Positions 1 to 13,521 of a stretch of 64,000 nt of DNA are shown here, in pieces. The notes beneath the pieces were generated by a model. The model was given only the letters and a program-made list of their open reading frames with translations, had not been told where the DNA came from and ran no database searches. The position numbers and the translations under genes were made by a program. The DNA comes from Octopus vulgaris (lineage: Eukaryota). Position 1 is the stretch's first letter, and each line of letters opens with the position of its first letter. Location of the stretch: contig OX597819.1 in the NCBI GenBank assembly GCA_951406725.2, forward strand, positions 49,786,001 through 49,850,000. Direction: 5' to 3'.

Positions 1-739
1 TAATATGTGTATGCTTATAAGGTGTGTTGTGTTTATATTATGAGGATGTAGAAAATGATGAAGACAGGTAACAATGAACGCAGAAATATAGAGAAAATCG
101 GAAAAGAAAGAAAGAAAAAAGAAAGAGAGAGAGAAAGAAAGGAAATAAGAAAGATAGAAAGACATGTATATTGAAAGAGATTGGGAACTCGGTAAGAAGC
201 CATGAGAAATAATGTGTTACGAAGGGAGATAATTTACATGTGACACAAGATATTAGATTAGTAAAAAGAACAAAACGAGAAAACGAAAATACCCAAAACA
301 AACAAAAAATTTACTAAATAGAAAAAAAAAATAAACAAAAAAAAAAAGCAAAAACGAAACAAACAATAATATCTAGTTCTATTGTGTCACACTTGAGGTG
401 ACTCATCATAAACGTTACTTCGTCTGAGATTAGTTTTTGGTGAAGCAGAGAGTGAATAAGAAAGAAAAAAAAAACACAAAAAAAAAACCCCGAAAAAAAA
501 ACAAAACAAAAACATGATAATGATGAGAAAAGAAGTTCTGGTTGTGTGTGTGTGTGTGTGTGTGGGGTGGGGGGTGGGGGGAGATACGGCGAGTGTGTAT
601 GGTGAGCTGTTGGATTTCGTGGTGTTGATGTTGAACGTTGAAGAGACAAGAACAGGAACAAGTACAAGAACAATAATAGCAACAACAACAATCGGAAACA
701 CTTGCAGTAATAGTTTGAGGTAATTGTCACAAAAGAAGC

Positions 740-790
<51 letters not shown>

Positions 791-791
791 A

Positions 792-851
<60 letters not shown>

Positions 852-995
852 TGGTAGTGGTGGTGGTCGTGGTGGTGGTGGTGGTCGTGGTGGTGGTCGT
901 GGTCGTGGTGGTGGTCGTCGTCGTCGTGGCGGCTGCGGTGGTGGTGGTGGTGGTGGTGGTGGTGGTGATGATGATGATGATGATGATGGTGATGG
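740..995. repeat. Compound trinucleotide microsatellite (TAG)n/(TGG)n/(TCG)n/(TGA)n
   Basis: Direct reading; source of the poly-S/G/V/H/Y/T ORFs. Confidence 0.97.
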
Positions 996-1339
996 TTATA
1001 AAAACAAAAACAAAAAAACGAATAATGAAAGACAAACAAAACCAAACATGAATCAGTGGGAGTTTGAGAAAGGACCAAGGAACAACCAAAGACAAAGCCT
1101 TCACCTGGTGGCTCTAGAAATAGCAGCCAACACTCACTCGATTCACACCATCTTCATTCTTATATTATCAAAGATGCCTCTACCTTGTTGCTGAGCTTGC
1201 TAGAAAAAGCTGCTAATTCTCCCACAAGTTATACACTGCTATCTTGAAATACAACCAAATACCAAGTTAACTGACCAGCTATGACCATCCAACAAGAATG
1301 ACTCGCATATATACAATACATACCTTTTCTTTTGGTGCT

Positions 1340-1770
1340 CGTTTCAGTCATTGGACAGCGGCCATGCTGGGGCACCGCCTAGAGCCATTTTAGTCAAGCG
1401 AATCGCCTCCAGTACATTTTTGTTTTCAAGTCTCGTACTCATTCTATCAGTCTCTTTGGCCGAACCGCCAAGTTACGTGACGAGAACTCGCCAATACTGA
1501 TTATCAATGCACAGACACACATACACACACACACACGTACACACACACACACACACACGTACACACACACATGTACACACACACACATACACATGTGTAT
1601 ATACACGAGCGGCTTCTTTCATTTTCCGTCCAGCAAATCTTATACCAAATCCACTCACGAGATCAGTCCGAAGATATAGTAGAAAACCCTTGCCCAGGGT
1701 GTCACGTTGTGGGACTGAACCCAGAACAGTGTGTTTGGGAAGCAAACTCCTTACCACAGCCACACTTGCG
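1340..1770 (-). mobile_element. Family A tRNA-derived SINE, diverged copy
   Basis: Matches the family A head (GGTTCAGTCCC B-box, ACCCTGGGCAAG), central (CA)n and the CAGCATGGCCGC tail. Confidence 0.8.
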
Positions 1771-1884
1771 TTTATAAATAAAAAAAAAATTATAAACTTG
1801 GAAACTATACATCTACCACAAACCGGATGTAGTGGAATCGTGTTGGTGACTAAGTCGCAGTTGGTACACAATTTTAACATCAAA

Positions 1885-2310
1885 TACGAGGGTTAACTGA
1901 AAACTTTATAAGCTGACCAAGGGATGTGATCAAACGGGGTTTATTTTTCAACATAGTTCCCCCTGCGGTCCACACACTTCTTCTATCGGTGTTGCGATGC
2001 TTGGATCACATTGGTGAAGAAGCTTTCATCTGGTTGGTCAAAAAAATATCATCAACAGGAGATATGAAATCATCATCACTGCGATACTGGTTCCCAGCCA
2101 AGCGTTTTTTATGTTAGGGGAACAGATGTTAGTCAGACGAGGTCAAATCAGGCGAATAGTGCGGCTGATCAACCAATTCAAAGCCACAGTAACGGACAGC
2201 AGCCATTGAAAGCGAGGATTTGCCTGTTTTTGAATGGCCAAAATATGTCTTCCATGCTTTAGTTTCAACGCACGGTCTTCGATCAAATTTGCCTGGCAAA
2301 TACTTGCCCG
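1885..2310 (-). mobile_element. Mariner transposon remnant
   Basis: TACGAGGG terminus at ~1885; minus-strand translation QPHYSPDLTSSD matches the mariner YSPDLAPxD motif. Confidence 0.75.
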
Positions 2311-2336
2311 AAATATACAAGTAATGATGTTATTAT

Positions 2337-2558
2337 CCCTTTCGATACCAACCTGGCTGAAAACGCCTCTGGCTCTGTAGTACAAATGTCTTGTTTCCAT
2401 AAGTTTTGTATCAAAATCTTCCACCGAACCTTAGTCACAATTTATGTTCCTAACACCAGCTGAATGATAACTAAGTTATTTTACTAAATTATTTGTTATA
2501 TTTAAAATTAATTGAAAGAAACACAGAACATCTCAAAATAAATACGGTAACAAAATGG
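2337..2558. mobile_element. piggyBac-like MITE (degenerate)
   Basis: CCCTTTCGATACC ... GGTAACAAAATGG imperfect TIRs, flanked by TTAT/TTGA (decayed TTAA). Confidence 0.5.
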
Positions 2559-2798
2559 TTGAACCAGTCTGTCTAGAAACACAATGCATGTACTTGTAAG
2601 GGAAGACTATGCTTATGCAAACTTACCTTCAATATCCTTGACTCTTATTTATATTTCTTAGTATGTAGTTTACTTGGTTTTTGGTATTAAGCGTTTGATT
2701 TTTCTTGCATTTTTAAAAGTTAATATTGTACACACTCTCACTACATTATAAAAACTCACAATTGCATCGGGTTCTACTTTGCTCTTGCTTCATGAGGG

Positions 2799-2883
<85 letters not shown>

Positions 2884-3692
2884 CGTGCAGTGTCCAACAA
2901 TTTCCGACCTGTGGGCTTATGTCGAACAACTGCTGTCACGTGTGGGACGAGTCGGTTTATCAGCTGAGTCTATCGTCAATATTGTCACGCCTCCTTCCTT
3001 CAAACGGGAAGGAAGAGCTATTTTCATAATCCTTGTGGCTATGGCGAAAGAATGTATCTGGTGGACGCGTCTGAAAGGATTGGAGACAAACACTTTCCTC
3101 TCTGGTCAATCTCTCATCAACTTCTTCAAGTACCACTTGAAGAGGAAAGTGAGAGTAGAGAGGCAAGTTTTGTCTAGCGAATGTTTTAAAAAAAGATGGG
3201 TGAATGTAGCAAGGATGGCACGTATGAATGACGAAGCCACCTTGAGCATAATCCTATGAACCCAGAAATTGAAAACAGAGGGTTACCCACTTGCAAACAA
3301 ATGTGGTAACATATAACAATATTGACCAAGGTTACGGTGGTCTTTTTCGTAGGCTTTTCTTCCCACGGATAAACCTTACTTGCTTTCCCCTTTACACCAT
3401 ATATCATAACACTGTGATACACGATTCCTATTGATCGTTCTTTTTTCCTCTTCCCCTTTTTCTTCTTTTTTCATTTCTCTTTTCTCTTGTTCCTTTTCCT
3501 TTTCCTCTTTTTTTTTTATTCTTTTTATTTTATTTATTTATTTTTTTGTTCTTTTCTTCCCTTTTACGATCCCTCTTGATCGAAAACCTACCCCACCCCC
3601 TTTTTTTTTTGTTTTCTTCATCCCCCAAAAGAAAAGCTCTACCTTGTAACTTGTCCCATCTGTGTGCAGCCCTGTGTGGCCAATAAAGAAAC

Positions 3693-3693
<1 letters not shown>
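2884..3693 (+). mobile_element. 5'-truncated Tx1/L1-clade LINE (ORF2 C-terminus plus 3'UTR) inserted in (ATCT)n
   Basis: Open frame LVQCP..LW..AKECIWWTR..FKKRW to stop 3259 resembles the region after the CCHC knuckle of Tx1-like ORF2; pyrimidine-rich 3'UTR; AATAAA at 3682; (ATCT)n on both sides. Confidence 0.75.
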
Positions 3694-3751
<58 letters not shown>

Positions 3752-3761
3752 GCTATCTATC

Positions 3762-3851
3762 TAGATCTCCAGCTAGCTAGCTAACTCTCTAACTATCAAT
3801 GTCTCTGTCTAAATGTTTGTCTGTACATATGTATGTATGTATATATGCATG

Positions 3852-3925
<74 letters not shown>

Positions 3926-4020
3926 GATCTCCAGCTAGCTAGCTAACTCTCTAACTATCAATGTCTCTGTCTAAATGTTTGTCTGTACGTATGTATGTAT
4001 GTATATATATGCATGTATCT
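3762..4020. repeat. Local tandem duplication (period ~162 bp) including a variable (ATCT)n tract
   Basis: TAGATCTCCAGCTAGCTAGCTAACTCTC...GCATGTATCT at 3762-3856 and 3924-4020. Confidence 0.9.
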
Positions 4021-4623
4021 ATCTATTTATCTATCTATCTGTCTATCTATCAATCTATCTATCTGTCTGTCTATCTGTCTGTCTGTCTGCCTGCCTGCCT
4101 TTCTGTCTGTCTGTTTGTCTGTTTATCTTTTGCTTTTTTGTGAATTCTCCCTATATATATATATATATATACATATACATGCATATACACCCATATTATA
4201 TGTATATAATACACATATACAAGTAAGTAAGCGTATATATATATATAAATGTGTGTGTGCGTGTGTGAGTATGTAGGCATATATAAATGCATATATATAT
4301 ACGGATACGTATACATACGCACATAAATACTTATAACGACATATCTTTCTCTCTCCATATACATATATTCATATGCATGTAAGTAAATAAAACAAAAAAA
4401 TAAATATTAAAAAATTAGAAAATAAACGAAACTCGTGCCTCTCCCACCGTCACGCAAAAACACACAAACACACACATTCACACACACATACACACTCATT
4501 GTGCATGTGTGTGTGTGTTTCACATACACACAAACACACAAATAATGACTACTCACAGCACTCCCTCCGACTTCACTCACTCACACACACACACACACTC
4601 ATAACAACAACAACAACAACAAT

Positions 4624-4676
<53 letters not shown>

Positions 4677-5056
4677 CCAACCAACCAACCAACCTCTAAA
4701 AGAGACAAATTATTTCATTTCATAGCAAACAATTCATACATGAAATTTAGTGAATCAAAGAGAAAGACAAACTATCTTTTACCAATCGGACTGGAAAATT
4801 TTCCACACTTACAAGGTTCAAAGAGCTTTATAAATAATAGAAAGAAAATGGATGGGAAAAGGTATGAAGGAAAATATGTCGCTTTAACAAACAATTATTG
4901 TGATTTCCAATGTGTGCCTATTGGAAAATTTCTAGTTGATTCGCTATTAAAATCTTCAAATCGTTTATCTTGTGTGTTCTTTAAGTGATATTGTTCGTTC
5001 GTTCTTGGATTTATGGCAAGTTCCATTTCTATAGTATTTCTGTGATTGACAACTTG

Positions 5057-5091
<35 letters not shown>

Positions 5092-5474
5092 TGTGTGTGT
5101 GTGTATGCGTGTGTATGCGTGTGTATGCGTGTGTGTGTGTGTGCACGCGCTTGTGTTTGTATGTACGTGTGTGTGTGTGCGTGTGTGTATGTGGGCTTGT
5201 TGTTGTTGTCGTGTATGTTTGCATTTATCTGCTTGGTGTGTGTGTGTTCGTGTTCGTGTCTGAGTTTGTTGCCTGTGCGCACGCACGGTCGCGCGCACGC
5301 GCGTGCGCGTGTTTTTATGTGCGCAGATTAACCTGTAAAACATTGCTTTCCTGACTGCAGATAGATGTTCAATATGTATGAATGATTGTGCGTGTGCATG
5401 TATGTATGTATGTATATAATGTCTGTTTGTCTGTCTGTTTATACAAACACGCATGCACATAGAGACAACAATAC

Positions 5475-5476
<2 letters not shown>

Positions 5477-5555
<79 letters not shown>

Positions 5556-5558
5556 GTA

Positions 5559-5621
<63 letters not shown>

Positions 5622-5640
5622 ATGTATATATGTATATATA
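5477..5640. repeat. (TA)n microsatellite
   Basis: Direct reading. Confidence 0.97.
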
Positions 5641-6108
5641 TGTGTGTGTGCACACATACATACATACATATATGTGTGTATGTATCTATGTGTTCTATGT
5701 ATGTATATATGTATGTTTATGTGTGTGCGTGTGTATACATAAACAGAAAAATAAATAGAATGAAAGACAATAAATGAATGCGTGCACGCACGCACACACA
5801 CACACACACAATCTCTTCCTCTCTCTTTAAGTATATATAATGCCAAATTTTGAGTCATACTGTGTCTGTTTCAAACAACTTCTTCCGTGAATGAGAAAAG
5901 AGAAGGCAGTGGCTCTGCTGAGAAAGGTAGAAGGGAGAAAGAGGAAGTATAAAATAGATTACGTAAATTAAAATATAATTTGTACAATGACAGAGTGTGA
6001 GAGAGAAAAATGATGGTGGAAGGACAGATCAAGAAAGGGAGAGAGAGTGGGCGAGAAAAAGGAAGAGAAGAAGGCAAGGAGAGAGAGAGAGAGGGGGGAG
6101 AGAAAGAG

Positions 6109-6148
<40 letters not shown>

Positions 6149-7499
6149 GAGAACTATTCCGAAATGCTCGCATTTCACAGTCTGGATAGGTGGCGCTGTG
6201 AGCTGATTTGGGTGTAGTTTACACCATGTGTCTAAACTGAGAAATTTTCTCCATGACAAAACACGGTGGATGGCTTGTTCACAAGTCCGAATGTGCTCTT
6301 AACATATTTGAACTGGTATTAACGTTGCAGTTATAATTATAGATTGAACCCAAGTCAGCTATGACTGAGTCCACCTACGGCCAAAGATGTTCCAGTTGTG
6401 ACCATCTTATCTTTTCTCTGAACAAGCCGTCAAAGACCACATAACCCAAGAAGTTTTTTTTTTCTAAGATAGCGTATAGTTTGAAAGCAAGTTGTTGTTT
6501 CTAGCAGGAATAGTAACTACGCCAATACTCCACTTCAGTCCAGTTCTAAACGTCCATAATGCTTTTTATTCCTTTATTAGCTTCAGAAATGGAACTGCGG
6601 CCATCCATGTTGGGTCAGTACATATATTCTATGTTTAGATTTCACTGCAGTGAGCTTTGTCTCTTATGAGGCTGACGTCGAGAAAATAAGTACCAGTCAT
6701 ATAATAGGCGTCATCTCAGTTGACCATACATGTGCACTCTCACACATTTGTGGCATTATGTATATGTCAGAGACCATTGTTAAGAAAAATCTGTTAGGAT
6801 AGCACATACCTGCATACTTAAGTAGGAAACTCATACATAAATAAAATATAGACTGATACTATGATGAATTGCTTCAGGAATTTTAAAGAACTTGTTGTAT
6901 CTATAAACGGCGAACTTTAACTCTTATTATGCCTTGTAGGAGAAACTGAAGAATTCGATGTTCAACTTTTGCAACAGACGACGAGAAATTCTAATTGATG
7001 ATATACAAATCTGACGGCGTGACTTTTTCTCTTTCGTGTCACATTAATAGGATTGTACGTTTAGCCGTAAGGAGTTCTCAGAACAGTTGCCATCGATTTT
7101 TCACAATTAGATACGATATTATCCACACACACAACACACACACACACACACATCTCATACTTTGCGCTTTTGCCCACAGGTGATGGCTTATGTATCCAAA
7201 CATCAGTTCTCGACGATAACCATCTTCATATTTTGCCACGCTCCTTTTGCTGTTCGTTGTTCAAAGATATAGCAGCAGAAGGAAAGATAGATTTCTTGCG
7301 CTTGTCTATAAACGGTGTGATCAATCTTTTACAGAGTTCACAAGGGTCAGATTTGCACACGCGTTCTCTCTCATCAAACCTTAATTCAATTAATTTCAAT
7401 ACCGGTGTCTCAGTGTTTCATAAATTCCAAACACAATTTTACTCGTTTAACAAATGTTTAAAGTTTCTCACAATAAATGAAGAAAGTTGATTTTCAACA

Positions 7500-7734
7500 T
7501 ATTCTTTTATTTGTTTCAGTCATTTGACTGCTGCCATGCTGAAGCACCGCCTTTAGTCGAACAAACCGACCCCAGGACTTATTATTTGTAAGCCTGGTAC
7601 TTATTCTATCGGTGTCTTTTTGCCGAACTGCTAAGTTACGGGGACGTGAACACACCAACAACGGTTGTCAAGAGTGAGTAGGGGGACAAACACAGACACA
7701 TAAACACACGCACACACACACACACACACATACA

Positions 7735-7831
<97 letters not shown>

Positions 7832-7992
7832 ACAGCTTCTTTCAGTTTTCGTCTACCAAATCCATTCACAAGACTTTGGTCGGCCCGAGGCTATAGTTGG
7901 AGACACTTGCCCAAGGTGCCACGCAGTGGGACTGAACCCGGAACCATGTGGTTGGTAAGCAAGCTACTTACCACACAGCCACTCCTGGACCT
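7500..7992 (-). mobile_element. Family A SINE, full length (tRNA head, CORE-like motif, internal microsatellite, LINE-like tail)
   Basis: Minus strand: AGGAGTGGCTGTGTGGTAAG (A box), GGGTTCAGTCCC (B box), GGCACCTTGGGCAAGTG (MIR/CORE-like), (TA)/(TG)n, GGCGGTGCTTCAGCATGGCAGCAGTCAAATGACTGAAAC. Confidence 0.9.
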
Positions 7993-8546
7993 ATGTGTAA
8001 TAATATTTCTCGATTAGTTTCCTTATATTTATTTATCATTAAACTGAGTATATATAAAATGCATTCGTCTTATATACTGTTTTGTTTTTATCCAGGCCGG
8101 TACACTTGTGAGACACTGGTATAATTGTGTGATTAAGACGCTCGCTTTGCAACCACGCAATTTTCAGGTTCAATTCCATTGCATGGCAGCCTGGGCGAGT
8201 GAATGAATTCACTCACCTATGCTCTGTGAGTGCATTTGGTAGACGGAAACTGCGTGGAAGCCAGTCGTGTTTATCACCCCAACACCACTTGGCAATCGGT
8301 TGTTGCCTTGTTTATGTTCCCATATTCTAACGGTTTAACAAAAGAAACCGATAGAATTAGTACCAAGCTTTAAAAATATGAGTACTCGAGACAATTTATT
8401 CGACTAAAAACTTCAAGGCGGTGTCCCAGCATGACCGTAGTCCAACCTCGAGTTAGAAATTTCGTGTTAGATAAGTTCCATCCAGCGCTTTTCCGACCAG
8501 CATTATGTTAATTTTGACTTCAGCCCAAGCTTCCGTTATATCTCTC

Positions 8547-10066
8547 GGATCTAGTCTTTCTCATTCGCAAAATGAGCCCCCTTTTAATTTTACTCAGATT
8601 CCTTTTAATTTTGTTGTATCTATGCAACTCTGAATTTGATTACGATCAACCAATTACTTCATCTCGTAAATTAAAGAATCTGATGCTATTTGGAATTAAA
8701 GTTGGGAAATTTGGGTAATTTTAGCCAATCAACAGACAGCGTGGCATTAGCAGTTTGTTACCATGACAACTGCACGCTGTGCTGTGGTTCACTGTTGTCT
8801 GTACCGCTGTTGTCCAAGTTGATTTCACCCGCGTGTTTTGTTTTAATTTTTTTGTGTGTTAGTATATTACATATTTTTCTGTACTTCTGTGTGTTAGTAT
8901 TTTTCTGTGCTTTTTCTGTGTGTTAGTATTTTCACATATTTTTCATTTCGTATGTTTTTGGGACTCATTGTCCGAGATAGCTGGATTTATGATTTCAGTA
9001 GGTTAATTCTATTCATAAAAATTTAAATTAGAAGTATTTCTTAAACCGTTAACTTCACATTTCAACAGTTTAAATGAAGTTTAGCACACGTAACAGGAAA
9101 TGAGAGGGATATCGTGGAAAAGAGAAACTCTCTCTTTCTCTCTTTTTCTCTTTTTACTTGTTTAAGTCATTTTGACTGCGGCCATGCTGGTGCACCGCCT
9201 TTAATCGAGCAACTCGACCCCGGGACTTATTCTTTGTAAGCCCAGTACTTATTCTATTGGTCTCTTTTTGCCGAACCGCTAGTTACATAATACTGATAAA
9301 TATAACAACTTTTTAAAAATAAGCAAAACATACAATCAATGAAGAAACAAAAGAAACAGTAAGGAGAGACATCTTGATTTTATTAGGTATTTCTGTTTAT
9401 TTAGAAATTTACAATCAACAGGTCAGATGCTAAACTGCAAATTTAAAGTTGACACCGGTCCGCTAAACGCAGAAAATTTCTGTCTCCCTATTGGCTAAAA
9501 ATACCCAGTTTTTTCGATTTTTAAACATCTACTCTTTTACTTGTTTCAGTCATTTGACTGCGGCCATGCTGGAGCACCGCCTTTAGTCGAGCAAATCAAC
9601 CCCAGGACTTATTCTTTGGAAGCCTAGTACTTATTCTATCGGTCTCTTTTTGCCGAACCGCTAGTTACGGGGACGTAAACACACCACCATCAAGTGATAT
9701 TGGGGCACAAGCACAGACACACAAACATATACACACACATACATAAAAATGTATATACGACAGGCTTCTTTGAGTTTCCGTCTACCAAATCCACTCACAA
9801 GGCTTTGGTCGGCCCGAGGCTATAGTAGAAGACACTTGCCCAAGGTACCACGCAGTGGGACTGAACCAAGAACCATGTGGTTGGTAAGCAAGCTAATTAC
9901 CACATAGCCACTCCTGCGCCTATCTGTAACTTTTTTCTTCAATTTTTTTCTCCACAACATCATACCTTCAAAGCATCGGAGACTACATTATTATAGTCGA
10001 TTTTCAGATTTTTTACTTCCTTTTAAAAAATGTATATTTTGCGAATGAAAAAAAAAAACTAGATCC
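8547..10066. mobile_element. Non-autonomous DNA element with terminal and internal inverted repeats, interrupted by two family A SINEs
   Basis: GGATCTAGTCTTTCTCATTCGCAAAAT (8547) vs ATTTTGCGAATGAAAA..ACTAGATCC (10066); inner IR 8712-8740 vs 9480-9510. Confidence 0.55.
9530..9922 (-). mobile_element. Family A SINE, full length
   Basis: High similarity to 7500-7992. Confidence 0.9.
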
Positions 10067-11419
10067 TATCTATCTATCACTCTTGCGTTTCTGCTTTAAA
10101 AAACTTTTCAGTTCTAGAGACCGGATATTCTGGGTGGGGGGACTGAGTGCAGTGGTTAGTGTGAGAAAAACACAGCTCAAATGAATGATATCGTCAGCCA
10201 TTAATGTGATTTCTTTCGCTTGGCAATCATGCGAAAAAACTACATGTTTCGCTCTTATTTCACGTCACCAGTGAAGAACACCGGTCACTTAATTTACCGA
10301 AGTAGTGGTGAAAGAATAACAAAGTAAATATACGATATTGTACATGTCTTGGCGTGGGAAAATAGGATCGTTTTAATATTAAGTAATTCAATGACACTCT
10401 CCACACAAAAGAAGGAAAAACCAGAAAAAAATCTCTGAGATCGTGTTTACATTCTTAATATACGAACCATTAAAAACCTAACTGGGGGTAGAAATACGGT
10501 GACAAATTTTTTACTCCTATTTACATATGAAAGTGAAATAAAATTGCACCTGTTCCCTTTACGTGAGAAAGGTCAAAATGACATCGCTAGGTAGGTTTCG
10601 CTTGAATGCATGCCATGCTCTCAGCTGACGACTGACCTTTCGGTGAGAGGTGAAAAGAACGAATCGCTTCCGACATTTTCATTCCTCATACACACCACCT
10701 GACTATGGGGGCTGGCGGCTTCATGCTCGAGTTTCTAAGTGATTTTTATGATCCTATTTTGTGAATGCCTTCCACCCCCTCCTCTCATTCACCCCCTTCC
10801 CCGACGCCACCGCTGTCGCCGTTGTCGGCGCCAACAATGTGTTCTTTGAACGCAAGCACGCAAATAGGTCAAGTCAGTCTTGCTTTGCTTCAGTTCGCGT
10901 CGTCCATTTTTAACTCAGTTTAAAAGTTTTAGAGAAACGACCAGATACATGGTTGCTGGTAATATTACCTTCTTCCAGATACTTCGTTGTGCTTTTCATC
11001 GTATTCCCTCTCTCATATCGGCTGCAATAAGAACATACCCTACTGGCCTTTGACTGCAACGGAGGGACATACCCTATCAATGGCGATATAACATCAAATT
11101 CTCCCACCTTTCACTTGTTTCAGTTATTCGACCTTGAAGGTTTAGTCGAACTGATCGACCCCCAGAATTTATTTTCTAAGTATGCTATTTCTTCTATCTG
11201 TGTCTTTTGCTGAACTGCTAGTTTACAGGAACACGAACAAACCAGCACCGGTTGTCAAACGTGGGTAGGGGAGAGGTAACACAAACACAAAGACACATAT
11301 ACAGAAACACACACACTCACATACACAAATATACGCGCACTCACACACACTCACATACACAAATATACGCACACACACGTACACGCGCACTCACACACAC
11401 TCACACACAAACATTTATA

Positions 11420-11640
11420 TATTTCTTTATTGCCCACTAAGGGGCTAAACACAGAGGGGACAAACAAGGACAGACAAACGGATTAAGTCGATTGCATCGA
11501 CCCCAGTGCGTAACTGGTACTTAATTTATCGACCCCGAAAGGATGAAAGGCAAAGTCGAATTTGAACGCTGAACGTAACGGCAGACGAAATACGGCTACG
11601 CATTTCGCCCGGCGTGCTAACGTTTCTGCCAGCTCGCCGC
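11420..11640 (-). mobile_element. Family B tRNA-derived SINE (B1 tail)
   Basis: GGCGGCGAGCTGGCAGAAACGTTAGC head, GTTCAAATTC B box, GCCTTTCATCCTTTCGGGGTCGATAAA core, tail ending AATAAAGAAATA. Confidence 0.88.
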
Positions 11641-11729
11641 CACACACACATTTATAGATATGTGCAGGCATGACTTTCTGGTAAAGAAGCTCGCTTTCAA
11701 ACACGTGCTTTCAGGTTCACTTACACAGT

Positions 11730-12000
11730 GTGCGTGGCTTAGTAGTTAGGGTGTTGCACTCACGATCGCCAAATCATCGTTTCAATTCTTCGACCGATAG
11801 CTACATTTTACTTACGTTGCACTGCGATCACTTGAAAACCTGACACGTGTCACACTGTGTACCTGTTCAGGCAACGTCGATTCGATGGAAGGAATGAGCA
11901 AATGTACAGCTCATAGATTTGATCACCATAAACAAATCATTTACGCAAGTCGTTCAGCAAAATCTGAACATTCATACGTCGCCTTCGACAGGAGGTTCCA
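11730..12000 (+). mobile_element. Family C-related tRNA-derived SINE, diverged
   Basis: GCGTGGCTTAGTAGTTAGGG A box and GTTTCAATTC B box; similar heads at 37797 and 56450. Confidence 0.55.
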
Positions 12001-12020
12001 TCATAAGCGTGCATGTTATG

Positions 12021-12244
12021 TACGAGGTGGTATCAAAAGGTTGCCGGACTACTCTCTTTACTCTTTTACTTGTTTCAGTTATTTGACTGTGGCCATGCTG
12101 GAACACTGCCTTTAGTCGAACAAATCGACCCCAGGACTTATTCTTTGTAAGCCTAGTACTTATTCTATCGGTCTCTTTTGCCGAACCGCTAAGTTACGGA
12201 GACGTAAACACACTTGCAACGGTTGTCAAGCGATGTTGGGGGAA

Positions 12245-12302
<58 letters not shown>

Positions 12303-13000
12303 TATATATATACGACTTCTTTCAGTTTCCGTTTACCAAATCCACTCACAAGGCTTTGGTTGACCCAAGGCTATAGTAGAAGACACTTGCCCAAGGTGCC
12401 ACGCAGTGGGACTGAACCCAGAACCATGTGGTTGGTAAGCAAGCTACTTACCACCCAGCCACTCCTACGCCTAGTTATTTTTAATAATAAAAAATTACTT
12501 ATTTACTTAAGTTTTGACATCATCTCCTTCGAAATAGTCGCCTTGCGCAGCAATACACCGGTCCCAGCGTTCCTACCACTTTTGGAATCCGGCCTGGAAG
12601 TCGTTTTCCGTAAGTGGGTCGAGGACCTTCCGCAATTCGCTCTGGATCGCGACAACGGTGTTAGAACGGTGACCTTTGAGTTGCATTTTCATCATGGAGA
12701 AGCGATGAAAGTCTGTAGGTGCCAAGTCTGGCGAACAGGGTGGGTGCAGAAGAGATACCAAGTTGTTTTGGGCGAGAAAATCACGAGTGAGGAGAGCCAA
12801 TGAAGAGCCTAATTCTTCGCGCTCCACAGATCTGGCCGCTTTCGCGGAATGTGCTCCCTAAAACGCTTCAAAACGTCGCGGTAAAACTCTCGATTCACGA
12901 TCAGGCCCTGGGGGACGATTTCTCGATTTACAATACAACATTTCCGGTGGTGATGCTCATGGCAGGTCTTCCAAATTGCTCAACGTCTTTCAAGGATGTA
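12021..13000 (-). mobile_element. Mariner remnant split by a family A SINE (12050-12470)
   Basis: TACGAGGTGGTATCAAAAGGTTGCCGGACT terminus; minus ORF 12573-12827 has HPPCSPDLAPTDF and FQAGFQKW. Confidence 0.8.
12050..12470 (-). mobile_element. Family A SINE, full length
   Basis: Near-consensus copy. Confidence 0.9.
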
Positions 13001-13309
13001 TAAATACGCGGAAATTACTGGTGGCTTAGATCGGCGACAACTGTATTTATTGGAAGAATTTAAAGTTTTTTTAGTTTATATGTCTTCGGGAGAAAGTCTC
13101 TCGATATTTCAAGCAAAGCCCTTCTTAAAGTTGAGATAGAAAGTATTTACTATCCTTAGTTACTGTGTGCAAGACGCCATGCAGCAGAATCGAGCCCAGG
13201 ACCTGGCGATTACAAAGCGAAATTCTAAACCACTTCAGCCATACTGCGCTTCCAAACAAACACGCGCACATACGCGCGCGCGCACACACACACACACACA
13301 CATACATAC

Positions 13310-13375
<66 letters not shown>

Positions 13376-13429
13376 GTGGGTAGATAAAGAATTGTGAGTG
13401 TATGTTTGCGTATATATTATGAGTAAACG

Positions 13430-13521
<92 letters not shown>

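Noticed and set aside
314-1194. Long ORFs with poly-H/Y/S/G/V/T
   Set aside because: Translations of trinucleotide microsatellites, open in several frames; same for all YI/CV/HT/LSIY ORFs in the track
6184-6200. CTCF site (AGGTGGCGC)
   Set aside because: Only the 3' half of the motif matches; unsupported
7170-7490. 106-aa ORF
   Set aside because: No ATG start and no motif or splice support I can recognise
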